Assembly (NCBI GenBank): GCA_000146045.2
Contig: BK006938.2
Location: 1,120,001-1,184,000 of the forward strand
Direction: 5' to 3'
From: TPA_inf: Saccharomyces
Lineage: Eukaryota
DNA: 64,000 nucleotides
The notes beneath the pieces were generated by a model. That model saw only the letters and a program-made list of their open reading frames with translations. It was not told the DNA's origin and made no database searches. Positions 47,214-58,665 of this stretch are shown here, piece after piece. Position 1 is the stretch's first letter. Each line of letters begins with the position of its first letter. Position numbers and translations under genes: made by a program.

Positions 47214-48659
47214 TCATGCTTCATTGTAAGACTCCTCACTAATCACATCTGATTCAGAAATGAATGTTACTTCGGTCCAAGCTACACCGTGAATTTTCTC
47301 CCCGCCATTTATTTGTAAAGTTGAGCTTTTTGGATCAGCATATTGGTATATAAATGGCTTAGTACCAGCAACACCAGAGACGATGTTTTTAACAAAACTT
47401 GGAATTTCGCCCATCACATCAATTCTTTCAACTAGGTTGTTCAACGGACCCTCCACAACAGCACAGATCTTATTTTCTTCTGCGACGTTCTTGTATTCTT
47501 CTTCCTCTTCATCTTCCTTTTCATCTTCCTTTTCATCCTCTCCTTGTAAAGCTTGTTCAGTCCCATTCTCGGATTCCAATTGTTCATCCTTGACTTTGGT
47601 ATTGATACCTTTGAAGGTGATCTTAATATCTTTTGGAACTTTCCAACCAACAGAATCAATTTCTGAGTTTAAGTGCTCAACAAGATTGTTAGTTGTCATC
47701 GCTAAAACTTCTTTATCATCGGTAATAATACCAGCAGAAATTTTAGTGTTGGCATATGATTTTGGTGTAGTGAACTCCATCAACACCGCGGAATACTTTT
47801 CGGAATGGAAAAACATGAAGTTCCATGCCTTAGCTGCGTGATGAGGCTTCATGCCTTGGAAGGCCATTATAAATGTCGAAATCGCAGGGTCTTCCTCTTT
47901 AAAAGTAATCGTACGATCTTCATAGGTGATTTCGACTTCTTCACTGTCGCTTTCTTCTTCACTACCAGATTCCTCCTCAGAATCACCAGACTCTTCATCT
48001 TCGTCTTCATTATCATCCTCATCAGCTGAGGATTCTTCTTCATCAGATTCTGGAATAACTTCTTTCTTAACTTTGATAGTACCGTGACAAGCATTCCTTG
48101 GCCAGAAAACGTGTCTCATGCTACCCCATGGTTCATTGATATTGTTACCATAATAAGTCGCAGGATCATCGCCTATCTTGGCTCCAGGGGTTAACCTTCT
48201 TATATGCAAGTCAACGACAGATAAATCACAAACACTGGATTGAATGTGATAGCTTTCACCGTCTTCACTTAATTCTACAGAAAGATTGTCGGCATAGAAG
48301 TTTGGACCTTCGATGTAAAAATTTTCCAACTTGGTGGAAGTCCAGATATTCAAATCCTCTGGATTCTTCGAGTCAAAAATTCTGAAAGTAAATTGGGATG
48401 CAGTGTGCAACCCAATGATGTTCGAATGAATAACCTGGGCAAATCCAAAGATACCTGTTTTCAAGTCACTGAAATAAAAGATAACCGATTCAACGTTTGT
48501 ATGGTCAGGAGCTTGCCAAAAAAAATCTTCACGACTGGTTTCTCTGTAAGGCTGCTTATTTTTTACCCTATCAGCAACACTATGAATGTAATCTTTCCCA
48601 TATTCAGGCTCAGCCATACCAGTGACTGCTGAGATCCCACCTTTTATCCACTTCAACAT
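47214..48659 (-). CDS. SVF1: Svf1, a survival factor with tandem lipocalin-like domains. Length 481 aa.
   Basis: 481 aa (MLKWIKGGISAVTGMAEPEYGKDYIH...). Two acidic low-complexity inserts (EEESSADEDDNEDEDEESGDSEEESGSEEESDSEE and EDEKEDEKEDEEEEE). Confidence 0.85.
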   Translation of the reverse strand: MLKWIKGGISAVTGMAEPEYGKDYIHSVADRVKNKQPYRETSREDFFWQAPDHTNVESVIFYFSDLKTGIFGFAQVIHSNIIGLHTASQFTFRIFDSKNPEDLNIWTSTKLENFYIEGPNFYADNLSVELSEDGESYHIQSSVCDLSVVDLHIRRLTPGAKIGDDPATYYGNNINEPWGSMRHVFWPRNACHGTIKVKKEVIPESDEEESSADEDDNEDEDEESGDSEEESGSEEESDSEEVEITYEDRTITFKEEDPAISTFIMAFQGMKPHHAAKAWNFMFFHSEKYSAVLMEFTTPKSYANTKISAGIITDDKEVLAMTTNNLVEHLNSEIDSVGWKVPKDIKITFKGINTKVKDEQLESENGTEQALQGEDEKEDEKEDEEEEEYKNVAEENKICAVVEGPLNNLVERIDVMGEIPSFVKNIVSGVAGTKPFIYQYADPKSSTLQINGGEKIHGVAWTEVTFISESDVISEESYNEA

Positions 48660-49147
48660 TATATTATATTATACAAAAGCTTATTCGTTTCTTTTTTCTT
48701 GATTCGATGCAATAAATGACTGAATCTTTTGATCTTCTACAGATTTCAAATTATCAAACGAATACAAAAGAATTCTATCAACAGGCTCTATCTATATATA
48801 ACAAACGAAAAGCCGTGCTATTCGTGAATCTCAAGGAGTAATCTTGCAAGATATCCCCGAATGTTTCAATCAACCAGCTGTCATTTCGCTTTTGTTTTCT
48901 CCCACTCATCGCAAGTTTGCCTCCTCAACAACAAAAAAACAACGAAAAAAAGCGGTACTAAACCGGACCTGAAGTTCCGTGGAAAGTGAGATTTATATTA
49001 TGCAGGATTTTGCTCAGATTCTCTCAAGAGCAATATCATAATGCATAAGTGATGAAAAGTATGGCAGAAACGGTGGGAGGAACCGCAGTTTTAGCTAGGA
49101 TCTGGAAACAATCAGTGATTTGCCATTTAACAGCTGGGGGAATCTAA

Positions 49148-50143
<996 letters not shown>

Positions 50144-50325
50144 ATGAAACTGGTAATGGGAATTTTTTCCTTTTGATATAAGTTGGTAGTCTCTGTAAAT
50201 ATATAAAGTCAAACTATTCGTAATGTGTATATAACGTGGTCTTAAATTATTTTTATTCGTATCTCTCCCTTTTATTTGCCTGGCTTTGGTGTCTCATAGC
50301 TTCTTTTCTCTCTTTTAAGCTCACT

Positions 50326-51825
50326 TTACTGACTTTTCCTGCCGACCTTTAGACTTTTTACTCTGCTCAGTAATTTGCTGCCCGTCGATTTCTTTTTCAT
50401 ATTGGGCTCATTGTAGCGCACACCCAAATAAACGTCTTCCTCATCTTCATTGTGATCATCTTGGCCGTCGAAATCAGTAGTATAATTGGACTTATGCGTT
50501 CTGTTAGGAGAATTAACGGTTTTCGACCTTCTAACACCTTCATTGCTGTGACCAACATCATAGTTGTCTCTACTTAAACTCAAGTTTCTTCTAACGCCTG
50601 TCATGGGGGCATTGCTATCACCGGATCCTCCGAGACCTAATCGTTGAGAAAGTGACTTATTTCTTTGTAAACCACCGTTACGATTATGATAGGAATGGGC
50701 TTTTATGTCGTTTCTAATGGCAGCTGAGGAGGCCGGCGCCCCATCTAAAAACGTACTAGAACCTAATCCCGCAGTAACTGGCCCATGAACCAATTCTGTC
50801 TTATTTTTGGCATCCATTTGTTGGACGTTACCCACGTTTGCTTTTATTGCGTCCTGCGTATCACCACCTCTCCTTAGAGTCTGCGAACTGTACTGGTATA
50901 TATCAGAATCATCTGTATCATCTCTCCCAAAAACCTCATCCAGGGCAGACTTCTTGGTTGAAGCGCCACCGATGGTACTGTTTGGACCATCGACCGGAAA
51001 TGCTAAAACAGGCGCAGCTTTGTTATTTTTATTTCTATGAGGTGTTACTGCATCGAATGGGCCGTCATGATGAAATGAGCCACCGAACAATCCAGTTACA
51101 TCTAACTTATCGATAGTATCGACGTTCTTAGGAACAATAACCTTACTTTTTCTCTTTCCCTTCTTAGAAGGCGTTGAAGATGAGGAAGCTTCACGGTGAT
51201 GGTGGGATGAAGATCTGCGTGAAATATATGTGCCGCTGTTGCTATGTTCGCGGTGAGAAGAAGGACGAGAAACCTTTTCCTTTGGATATGCACGCCTTGA
51301 TCCATTGGTTGAAGTGATCTCTTCGTATGAGGGTGGTAGGTCAGTGTTTTCTCTTGTGTTACCTACTGTACTTACGTCACTTTCCTCCAAATATCTTTGC
51401 CTTAATTGTTCTTTTTCTTCTTTAGCAGTGGGATGATTTTTATTCCTTGAAACAGGTGGGGGAGACCTTCTAAAATCGGTTGCAGAACTCACATCGTCTA
51501 GGAAAGGATTCTTTGAGGAAAGAGGTCTCGAAGGTGGTGATAAACTACCACTACTAAAGCTCTCCAAACCAGAATAAAAAGCACCCTGCTGATCTGCGTT
51601 TCGCTGGGGTTCATCCTCTGGAATGTTTGGGAATGATAATTGTGAAGAAGTTCTTGTGTTCAATTGTGGCATATCAAATGAATTGGTACGAGATTGGTTT
51701 TTCGCCCACTCCTGAAACTGGGAGTCATTTTTATACTGATTAATACTTGAATCAACTGTGGCATTTCTAAACGGGTTATTAACAGAAAATGGCCTACTAG
51801 AGGTACTACTGTTTCTATTCTCCAT
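50326..51825 (-). CDS. PAL1: Pal1, a Ser/Pro-rich protein of early endocytic sites. Length 499 aa.
   Basis: 499 aa. Strongly S/P/N-rich low-complexity sequence. Position and length match YDR348C. Confidence 0.75.
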   Translation of the reverse strand: MENRNSSTSSRPFSVNNPFRNATVDSSINQYKNDSQFQEWAKNQSRTNSFDMPQLNTRTSSQLSFPNIPEDEPQRNADQQGAFYSGLESFSSGSLSPPSRPLSSKNPFLDDVSSATDFRRSPPPVSRNKNHPTAKEEKEQLRQRYLEESDVSTVGNTRENTDLPPSYEEITSTNGSRRAYPKEKVSRPSSHREHSNSGTYISRRSSSHHHREASSSSTPSKKGKRKSKVIVPKNVDTIDKLDVTGLFGGSFHHDGPFDAVTPHRNKNNKAAPVLAFPVDGPNSTIGGASTKKSALDEVFGRDDTDDSDIYQYSSQTLRRGGDTQDAIKANVGNVQQMDAKNKTELVHGPVTAGLGSSTFLDGAPASSAAIRNDIKAHSYHNRNGGLQRNKSLSQRLGLGGSGDSNAPMTGVRRNLSLSRDNYDVGHSNEGVRRSKTVNSPNRTHKSNYTTDFDGQDDHNEDEEDVYLGVRYNEPNMKKKSTGSKLLSRVKSLKVGRKSQ

Positions 51826-52385
51826 GCTAAATCTTGCGTATATGTATCAATTTTTCTAAAAATGGAAAATGCTGGCAAAGTGTAATGGAACCTACAATGT
51901 ATCAACAATTAAGCAGTCGAAGATTATGGTAAAATGACGTTACGTGTTCGAAGGGATAGGTCTGCAAAACACTTAAATTCCTCGAATAAAAATAACAATA
52001 AAAAGAGCGAGGTAGATCGGATATATTTCGGATTCTACACACTATAAAATACAAATTAGAAATTTTACAGAGTTACCTCCCAAGAAAGAGTATCTTCATT
52101 TTCTAGTGAATAACCTATCGCCAGTCACCATGATCTGCTGTTGAACCAACCTCGAGGCGGGAAAAAAAACAAAAAAAAAAGTAACGCGATTTACGCTCCG
52201 TGCACGACGATTCTTTGAGATGGCTGCCAATGGTTGATCACAAGTACTAGCTTCTACACAACTGGATAAGAATGACGCATATATACTTTTAAGTATGTTG
52301 TTATTAAATCTGCTATATAATGATGTTATACGTGCATTGGTCAAGGAGAAAAAGGTTTTATGTTATGAACTTTTGTTAAAACCAT

Positions 52386-54176
52386 TCAAAGAACAATAAG
52401 TATCGAGAATATCGAAAGTAGTAGCAAGGAAGCTATACGAGTTACATGTCCAGCTGGATCTTTGTTAAATGTATAAGGACTGCTCAATCGAACGCCTGCT
52501 CCCGAAGCACTGCTGGTTCTATTAGTTGAATTTGACCACTCTTCTGAGGCTGACACAGAAAAGCTGTCGAATTGAGTACTGGATGGTCTAGCACTTGTGC
52601 TTGCTCTTGAAGTATCATAGAATGACCGGCCCGCACCTGTAATCACACCGTTTGAGTATGCTGCTGTCAGTTGACCTGGGACAGTGAACATATAGCCTGA
52701 CCTATAGGATGGATAAAGAGTCAAGTTTCTTGTATTACTACTATTCATCACTTTTGCGTAAGGAATGTAACCAGATTTGATCTTCTTGATGATAGTGGAC
52801 GCGGTAGTTTCATTTGTCTCTTCAGTAACTGCGTCATCTTCAACCTTCTTTGCCTGTGCAATGGCTATAGTGTTATCCTCTAAGTCCATTGCCATATATA
52901 TATTTTTTATGAAGGCTTCTCCGAGTATGTTTACTCCAGTATTTGTATTAGCGTATAGTGTTAGAAAACAAGCTTCCTGTCCAGAACTGAAAAACATTGA
53001 AGAATTGGTGGATGTATCGTAAGTAGATGATAATAAATCACGTAGGGGTATTTCAATTGTCAATTCTCGAAGCCTGAAACCCAAGGAGACACCCATATCT
53101 GCTATAGAACATTGGACTAGCCACCTATCTAGTGATTCCACATAAGTGGCCGCAATTTGAACGGCAATCTGAATAATGGTACTAGTTGGCAGGTAACTGA
53201 CCGAAGAAGTTGAATCAAGTAAGGCTGGGCTCAGAAAGTCCTTCGAAGTCATATTCAAACTTTGTCCGCTGTTAGACACAATATAAATAGGGCCTAATGG
53301 CACAATTGGGTACCCAACACTAACAGCATTACTCACTGGGTCAACGTAAGGAATTAAGTCAAATTTTCCCAGTGTACCGGTAAACAGCGAAGGATCCACC
53401 CCTCCAAGAAGTAGCTTCCCACAATTAGATATTGGATCTCTATATGTTTTGTACGTGGAAGTGTCTCCAGCCAACCACAGTGAATATGACGAACTTTCAA
53501 TGATATCTGCATCTTTCAATAAGGATAGAAAATAAGACTGTTCTGTGTATTGTGAGCTATCGATAGCATTGCCTGGGTTTGTGACCTTCCCGCTTAAACC
53601 TAACAAGCCTGAAGTCTTAAAGTTCGAGGACTGAATATCAAAGAAGGAAACGTTTGAAATGGATAGGCTCCCCGAGTTAAATTGTACGTTATCTCGAGTT
53701 ACCATTAAATCGGTTATCAAAGCGGTCGAGGAATTTTCTGAGGAAACATTTGTAAAATTCATATCGTCTGTCACCAAAGTACAGTTAACAGCTCTACCAT
53801 CAATGAAAGAAATCTCATATATTTGGCCAGGAGAAACAGGAACAGATGATGTAGAGTCATTCATGAGGTAGCTGGGATGCTTATGATATACACCGGAGTA
53901 TTCGTTATGACTTTCGCTTGTTCCGGAAACCAGATTTATGTACGGTTGGATAATATCCACTAGCAAACGTTGGCGTTGACCGGGAGTGCCAAATGTGCTA
54001 TTAACATAGTAGTTTCCTCTACCATCTTTACCCACGGCTAGTACAGGAAACGGCTCCTCCGTTGACGAAGAGGTTCCAGACTTTGCTGTAGTTGTTGTAT
54101 TTGCAGTACTAGCCGTTGCAAACTCTAACTGAAAAGTTGATATGAGCCACAGATACCATAAAATTAGGCATGTCAT
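52386..54176 (-). CDS. YPS7: Yps7, a GPI-anchored yapsin-family aspartyl protease. Length 596 aa.
   Basis: The ATG at 54176 (MTCLILWYLWLISTF...) gives 596 aa. The track ORF starts at TTG 54203. Signal peptide, a pepsin-like fold, then a Ser/Thr-rich stalk and a hydrophobic C-terminus (LLLLSIFSILIVL) consistent with a GPI anchor. Confidence 0.75.
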   Translation of the reverse strand: MTCLILWYLWLISTFQLEFATASTANTTTTAKSGTSSSTEEPFPVLAVGKDGRGNYYVNSTFGTPGQRQRLLVDIIQPYINLVSGTSESHNEYSGVYHKHPSYLMNDSTSSVPVSPGQIYEISFIDGRAVNCTLVTDDMNFTNVSSENSSTALITDLMVTRDNVQFNSGSLSISNVSFFDIQSSNFKTSGLLGLSGKVTNPGNAIDSSQYTEQSYFLSLLKDADIIESSSYSLWLAGDTSTYKTYRDPISNCGKLLLGGVDPSLFTGTLGKFDLIPYVDPVSNAVSVGYPIVPLGPIYIVSNSGQSLNMTSKDFLSPALLDSTSSVSYLPTSTIIQIAVQIAATYVESLDRWLVQCSIADMGVSLGFRLRELTIEIPLRDLLSSTYDTSTNSSMFFSSGQEACFLTLYANTNTGVNILGEAFIKNIYMAMDLEDNTIAIAQAKKVEDDAVTEETNETTASTIIKKIKSGYIPYAKVMNSSNTRNLTLYPSYRSGYMFTVPGQLTAAYSNGVITGAGRSFYDTSRASTSARPSSTQFDSFSVSASEEWSNSTNRTSSASGAGVRLSSPYTFNKDPAGHVTRIASLLLLSIFSILIVL

Positions 54177-54835
54177 AGCAAAAATCAACGGCAAATAAAG
54201 CAAGCACGCAGTTACGATACGTTCAAAGATCTTTCCAAGTTCTGTATCCTTCTAGAACGATTAGTCTAATGCAACTGATATGTCCAACATTCTAAATATA
54301 ACTTATTTTGGTATTAGCTGCATCATTCTACCATGATGAGCTGCGGCGTTCAATATCTCATTTTTTTTTGTTCGGGGTAACGAGGTTCATTGTTGCAAAT
54401 AGCACGACCAAACGAGCGGTATGATACAAAGCACTGCAAGTCATAGCTGAGGTAAAAAAAAAAAGAATGAAGATCTCATTGTTTGGGTTAAATTACTTTC
54501 AAGAGCCTCTTTTTTAGGCTCGGTTGGTTAAAAGAGCAAGAACCGAAACACTAGTGCATCAATTTTTATAACAATTTTGTAATTATGTTGATAATTGGCA
54601 GTAAAGTTACAAAATACACACTAATTAAAATATTGAACACTTACAATATAAAGCTGATATCAAAATAAATATCGAACAATAAATACAACTCTCTCCAATA
54701 TCAATATACTGCCGTCGTTATTTAAAAAATTAGCCCACCTGGGAACATTATAGAAAGAGATTTGTTTTTTGGTCTGGCAATGTGTCATAATCAAGCTCTT
54801 TGCAATATACATCCCCAACTCATATATTTGTATAC

Positions 54836-54957
54836 AGGAAGAAGAATCGACCACCATCTATCGACTAGCATATTATCATATACGGTGTAAAAAGATGACA
54901 TAAAAGATGAGAAACAGGGTAATCCCAACAATTGTCTCAATATTTACCTATTTCTCA
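54836..54957 (+). mobile_element. Degenerate, internally deleted delta LTR remnant of about 120 bp.
   Basis: ...CCACCATCTATCGACTAGCATATTATCATATACGGTGT..AAGATGACATAA.. joined to ..GGTAATCCCAACAATTGTCTCAATATTTACCTATTTCTCA. The 5' and 3' delta segments are present but about 200 bp of the middle is missing. Confidence 0.55.
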
Positions 54958-55316
54958 CATTGTCACCGCTCGAAAGTGCATTTTATATACGTTCTTTTGT
55001 GACGACTACTTTTGGCGGGAATCTTAGCGCCTTAAATGCAGTGAAAGATTACTCTTTTGAGTTATTGCCTGAATTTTGTCTGCAAAATTGTTATTATTCA
55101 GGAATTTAGAATAATTCAACTCTGGAGGCCTGCGCTGTACTACGGGCTCAAGTAATACCGGAGTGTCTCGACAATCCTAATATAAACAGTCTTAGGGAAG
55201 TAACCAGTTGTCAAAACGGTTTATCAGATTAATTCACGGAATGTTACTTATCCTATATATTATATAAAATATGGATCATACTAAATGGTGGAAGCGCGGA
55301 ACCTTGGATCTAAACT

Positions 55317-55647
55317 GTTGGAATAAGAATCCACTATCGTCTATCAACTAATAGTTGTACTATCAATATATTATCATATACGGTGTTAAGATGATGACAT
55401 AAGTTATGAGAAGCTGTCATCGAAGTTAGAGGAAGCTGAAGTGCAAGGATTGATAATGTAATAGGATAATGAAACATATAAAACGGAATGAGGAATAATC
55501 GTAATATTAGTATGTAGAAATATAGATTCCATTTAGAGGATTCCAATATCATCGAGGAGAACTTCTAGTATATTCTGTACACCTAATATTATAGCCTTTA
55601 TCAACAATGGAATCCCAACAAGTCTCTCAAAATACACCCATTTCTCA
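55317..55647 (+). mobile_element. Solo delta LTR of Ty1/Ty2, about 331 bp, in plus orientation, about 180 bp upstream of tRNA-Met.
   Basis: Full delta running from TGTTGGAATAAGAATCCACTATCGTCTATCAACTAATAG... to ...CATTTCTCA. The Gag start codon remnant is retained: ATGGAATCCCAACAAGTCTCTCAAAATACACCCATTTCTCA encodes [13 protein letters not shown]. Confidence 0.85.
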
Positions 55648-55828
55648 TAAACCAATTGTTCAGGCATTTATACGTTTAGATAGCCCAGCTATAGAAGGCG
55701 GAGTTTTACCTCATGTTGCTCAATCTGTTCGTTTTCTTAGGTTTCATATGTGTTCTATGAACGTTCAGGATAATGTATTGTCATGCTGACGTATCCCATT
55801 CTGAGATGTAACGTCTGTACAAAACAAA

Positions 55829-55901
55829 GCTTCAGTAGCTCAGTAGGAAGAGCGTCAGTCTCATAATCTGAAGGTCGAGAGTTCGAACCTCCCCTGGAGC
55901 A
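55829..55901 (+). tRNA. tM(CAU)D: Elongator tRNA-Met, anticodon CAU, 73 nt, no intron.
   Basis: GCTTCAGTAGCTCAGTAGGAAGAGCGTCAGTCTCATAATCTGAAGGTCGAGAGTTCGAACCTCCCCTGGAGCA. The anticodon loop is CUCAUAA. The A-box is TAGCTCAGTAGG and the B-box is GGTTCGAACC. This is not the initiator type. Confidence 0.9.
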
Positions 55902-55906
55902 TTTTT
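55902..55906 (+). terminator. Pol III terminator, a T5 run immediately 3' of tRNA-Met.
   Basis: ...GGAGCA followed by TTTTT and then GCCG. Confidence 0.6.
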
Positions 55907-56119
55907 GCCGAGCACGGTACTTTTTTTTATTCTCAGTAAATGAAATCCAAGGGCTCATTTATTTGAGAAAGTAAATAAGGTATTAGAGGTAATAAAGTAA
56001 CCATGGGCCAAGAAGACATATTCATAAACTTATGAAAAAACTTTGTAGGTATTAATAACTTATGGGTAAATTACTATCTATGAATGAATATTTACTATTT
56101 ACTAGTGCTCATCTGGATA

Positions 56120-58174
56120 TTAATTTAGACTTTTCAACGTCTCTCTTATAATATTTGTACATTTATTAACATCATCATCATTAAATCTAGGCTTGCCATC
56201 TTCTTCGAACATATCTTCGTCAGTAAACAGGGTGCTATCAGTAGGTTCTTTAATGTTATTATTTTCCACCAATTCCGTCAGTAAAGTTTCGTCAAAGTTT
56301 TTGGGAAACGGCCAGCCTTGGTCTTTTATTATCTGTATCAAAGCCATATGCCTGATTTCAAAGCCCCCGAAGAGTATCTTATTGTACCAGGAGCGTGCTC
56401 CTTTTTCGTCTCTCATTTTGACATAATGCATTACCATTGCAGAACAAAATTTAAACGTTAAAGGCACCCCATTTTTATGCATCACCTGTAGCAATTCTGA
56501 TAGTTCAGCCTGCGTTAATGTATGATTTTTATAGGCTACTATGGAAAAGGGACATAGCGTGGTAGTTAAAACCACTTTTTTGGCGAAAGGTTGAGAATAA
56601 AAATCCAGAAGAACATTGTAGGCCAGCCTTGGTTCACGAGCTTGGAATCTAATATAATTTAGGAAAACATTGAGGATTCCGGTATCATTTCTCCAATACC
56701 TGTATTTATGAGCTTCCTCGGAAAGAAAACTCTTGTACTTGTAATATAAATCAAGAAGACAATTCTTGAATTGACCACTTTCCAGTGAAACAGAACTCGA
56801 AGATAAAAGGCTTCTATACAGTTCAGTTAAAATTGGAACAGTCACTGGTGATCCTATTCGCATTGTGTTCGGTAGAATATTATTTTTGTTCTTCAGCTCT
56901 CTTGCTAACGTAGGAGCTGTCAAAGTCGTTGATTTTGAATGATAGAGCCACCCCCAAATCCCTAGGGCATTCAGAATATTAGCAGACGCCTTTGAGCTGT
57001 ATGATGAGAGGAGATATTTACACACCAATTTCGGGTCACGAAAGGCTTGAAAAGATGCAATTAATTCACCCATTAAAAACTCCTTGAACAATTTATATTT
57101 CATCAGTGGGCTGCTTTGTAAGCAGGAAATTACATTGAAAAGCTCCTCCTGCCTATTAGATATTCGGAGCAGATTCAAGTAGTGGTGAATGGGAAAATTC
57201 AATATGTGTTCGTTTCCATCAATGTGATTAAGCAATCCTGAGCTTACAATGAATTTCAGTTCCTCTTGAAAGGTTTTGATGAATAACTCAACATTTCCAC
57301 TTTTCAAAAGGTAATAAAGTAAGGTATTGTTGAACTTGACATAACGCAGGTTCTTTTGCTTTGCTCCATCTTTACCAGAATAACAGTGCTGTTCCAACTT
57401 CTGTAGTAGAGCTTGAATAAATACTTTAATGAACCTAAAATTTTTCGCCTTAACAAGGCCATTTACTAGAGCGATTAAGCTGTCAAATGTATGCAACTTC
57501 AGAACTTTTTCCATTATAAATTTTATGTTTGTCTCATCATGCAAAAATATTTGGAACGTGGCTAACTGCCTCTCCATCTCAGTTCCTTTTATCAGCCTAT
57601 TGGTAAATCTCGTACAGTAGTTAGAAGTAAAGAGAAGAACATCACTTTTCAAAAGAAAAAGATAGTGATTAAAAGATTCTGATTTTGGAATATGATACCA
57701 GAACCATCTGTGGACCTCACCTGGTAGATAAAATCCAATTTTTCTTGCCACCTCTGGGTATAACTCGTGTTGATGCAAAATGATATCATATAAAAGTTTC
57801 TTCTTTTCATTTTCTGAGCAATTATTTATATGCAGGGCATTTCGTAGAGATTCAAAAAAAGAGGCGTATTCAGTTACTCCAAAAGTCTCACTTAATACAG
57901 TTTTCAATTGTCGGAGCTCGTATAAACGCTTCTGAACATTTTTCGAAGATCCGCTCTTCCTAGAACATGGCACCTGTCGTTCAAAATCGCCAAACTGCAA
58001 AGGTTCTGAACGATTTGATTTAATTTTCAATGGACAGTTTTTCGTAGATAAATGGCGCAGATTTGTAATAGGTAGAATTGTGTATGTCCCTGCGCTACCC
58101 ATATGTTTAAACAGCGGTGAAGTGACCATTTGAGCCAAAGGCTGGGAATAGACACGGCATATACATTTTAACAT
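56120..58174 (-). CDS. ATP22: Atp22, a mitochondrial translational activator of ATP6. Length 684 aa.
   Basis: 684 aa with a predicted mitochondrial presequence. Length and position match YDR350C. Confidence 0.75.
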   Translation of the reverse strand: MLKCICRVYSQPLAQMVTSPLFKHMGSAGTYTILPITNLRHLSTKNCPLKIKSNRSEPLQFGDFERQVPCSRKSGSSKNVQKRLYELRQLKTVLSETFGVTEYASFFESLRNALHINNCSENEKKKLLYDIILHQHELYPEVARKIGFYLPGEVHRWFWYHIPKSESFNHYLFLLKSDVLLFTSNYCTRFTNRLIKGTEMERQLATFQIFLHDETNIKFIMEKVLKLHTFDSLIALVNGLVKAKNFRFIKVFIQALLQKLEQHCYSGKDGAKQKNLRYVKFNNTLLYYLLKSGNVELFIKTFQEELKFIVSSGLLNHIDGNEHILNFPIHHYLNLLRISNRQEELFNVISCLQSSPLMKYKLFKEFLMGELIASFQAFRDPKLVCKYLLSSYSSKASANILNALGIWGWLYHSKSTTLTAPTLARELKNKNNILPNTMRIGSPVTVPILTELYRSLLSSSSVSLESGQFKNCLLDLYYKYKSFLSEEAHKYRYWRNDTGILNVFLNYIRFQAREPRLAYNVLLDFYSQPFAKKVVLTTTLCPFSIVAYKNHTLTQAELSELLQVMHKNGVPLTFKFCSAMVMHYVKMRDEKGARSWYNKILFGGFEIRHMALIQIIKDQGWPFPKNFDETLLTELVENNNIKEPTDSTLFTDEDMFEEDGKPRFNDDDVNKCTNIIRETLKSLN

Positions 58175-58330
58175 GCCAATAAGAACATTAAAGTGAACGC
58201 TTGGAAGATTTGAAAGCCCATTCTTGCCAGTACGCCAATAAAGTGTGTCGCGCAGAATAGATCTTCATGTAATTCCTTTTTCCCTTTTATGCAATCTATA
58301 ATGTTAATCAGCGTAGATCACTATATACGC

Positions 58331-58346
58331 TTTTTTTTTTTTTTTT
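58331..58346 (+). promoter_or_regulatory. T16 poly(dA:dT) tract in the divergent ATP22-SBE2 promoter, a probable nucleosome-excluding element.
   Basis: An uninterrupted run of 16 T at 58331-58346 between two divergent ATG codons (58174 and 58666). Confidence 0.5.
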
Positions 58347-58665
58347 CAGCTCCGATTAGAGAGCAAAAGAGATGTAACATCGATCCTGCTATAATTAGAA
58401 TACAAGTGTTGATCTTTAATTGTACTGTTTCTGCGAAAGCTATCGAGCATTTGGCTGTATTCCACTGTCCATTGTATTTTTAACTCTCCTTTTTATCATT
58501 CTGAAACATAGAGCTGTTTTGACAAAATTCAGTTTTTTCTCAATTAGTGCTTTCATTCATACGTTCGTTACAAGCTTTGAATTTTAACTTTATTTTCGGG
58601 CTTCCACCTTTGCTTCATTATTTTACTTCAGCTCTTTAGCTTTCTGTGACATTCAATTTTATTGT

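Noticed and set aside
55755-55958. 67-aa minus-strand ORF overlapping the tRNA-Met gene.
   Set aside because: It entirely overlaps a canonical tRNA and its flanks. Its composition is a by-product of tRNA sequence on the opposite strand, so it is not a coding gene.
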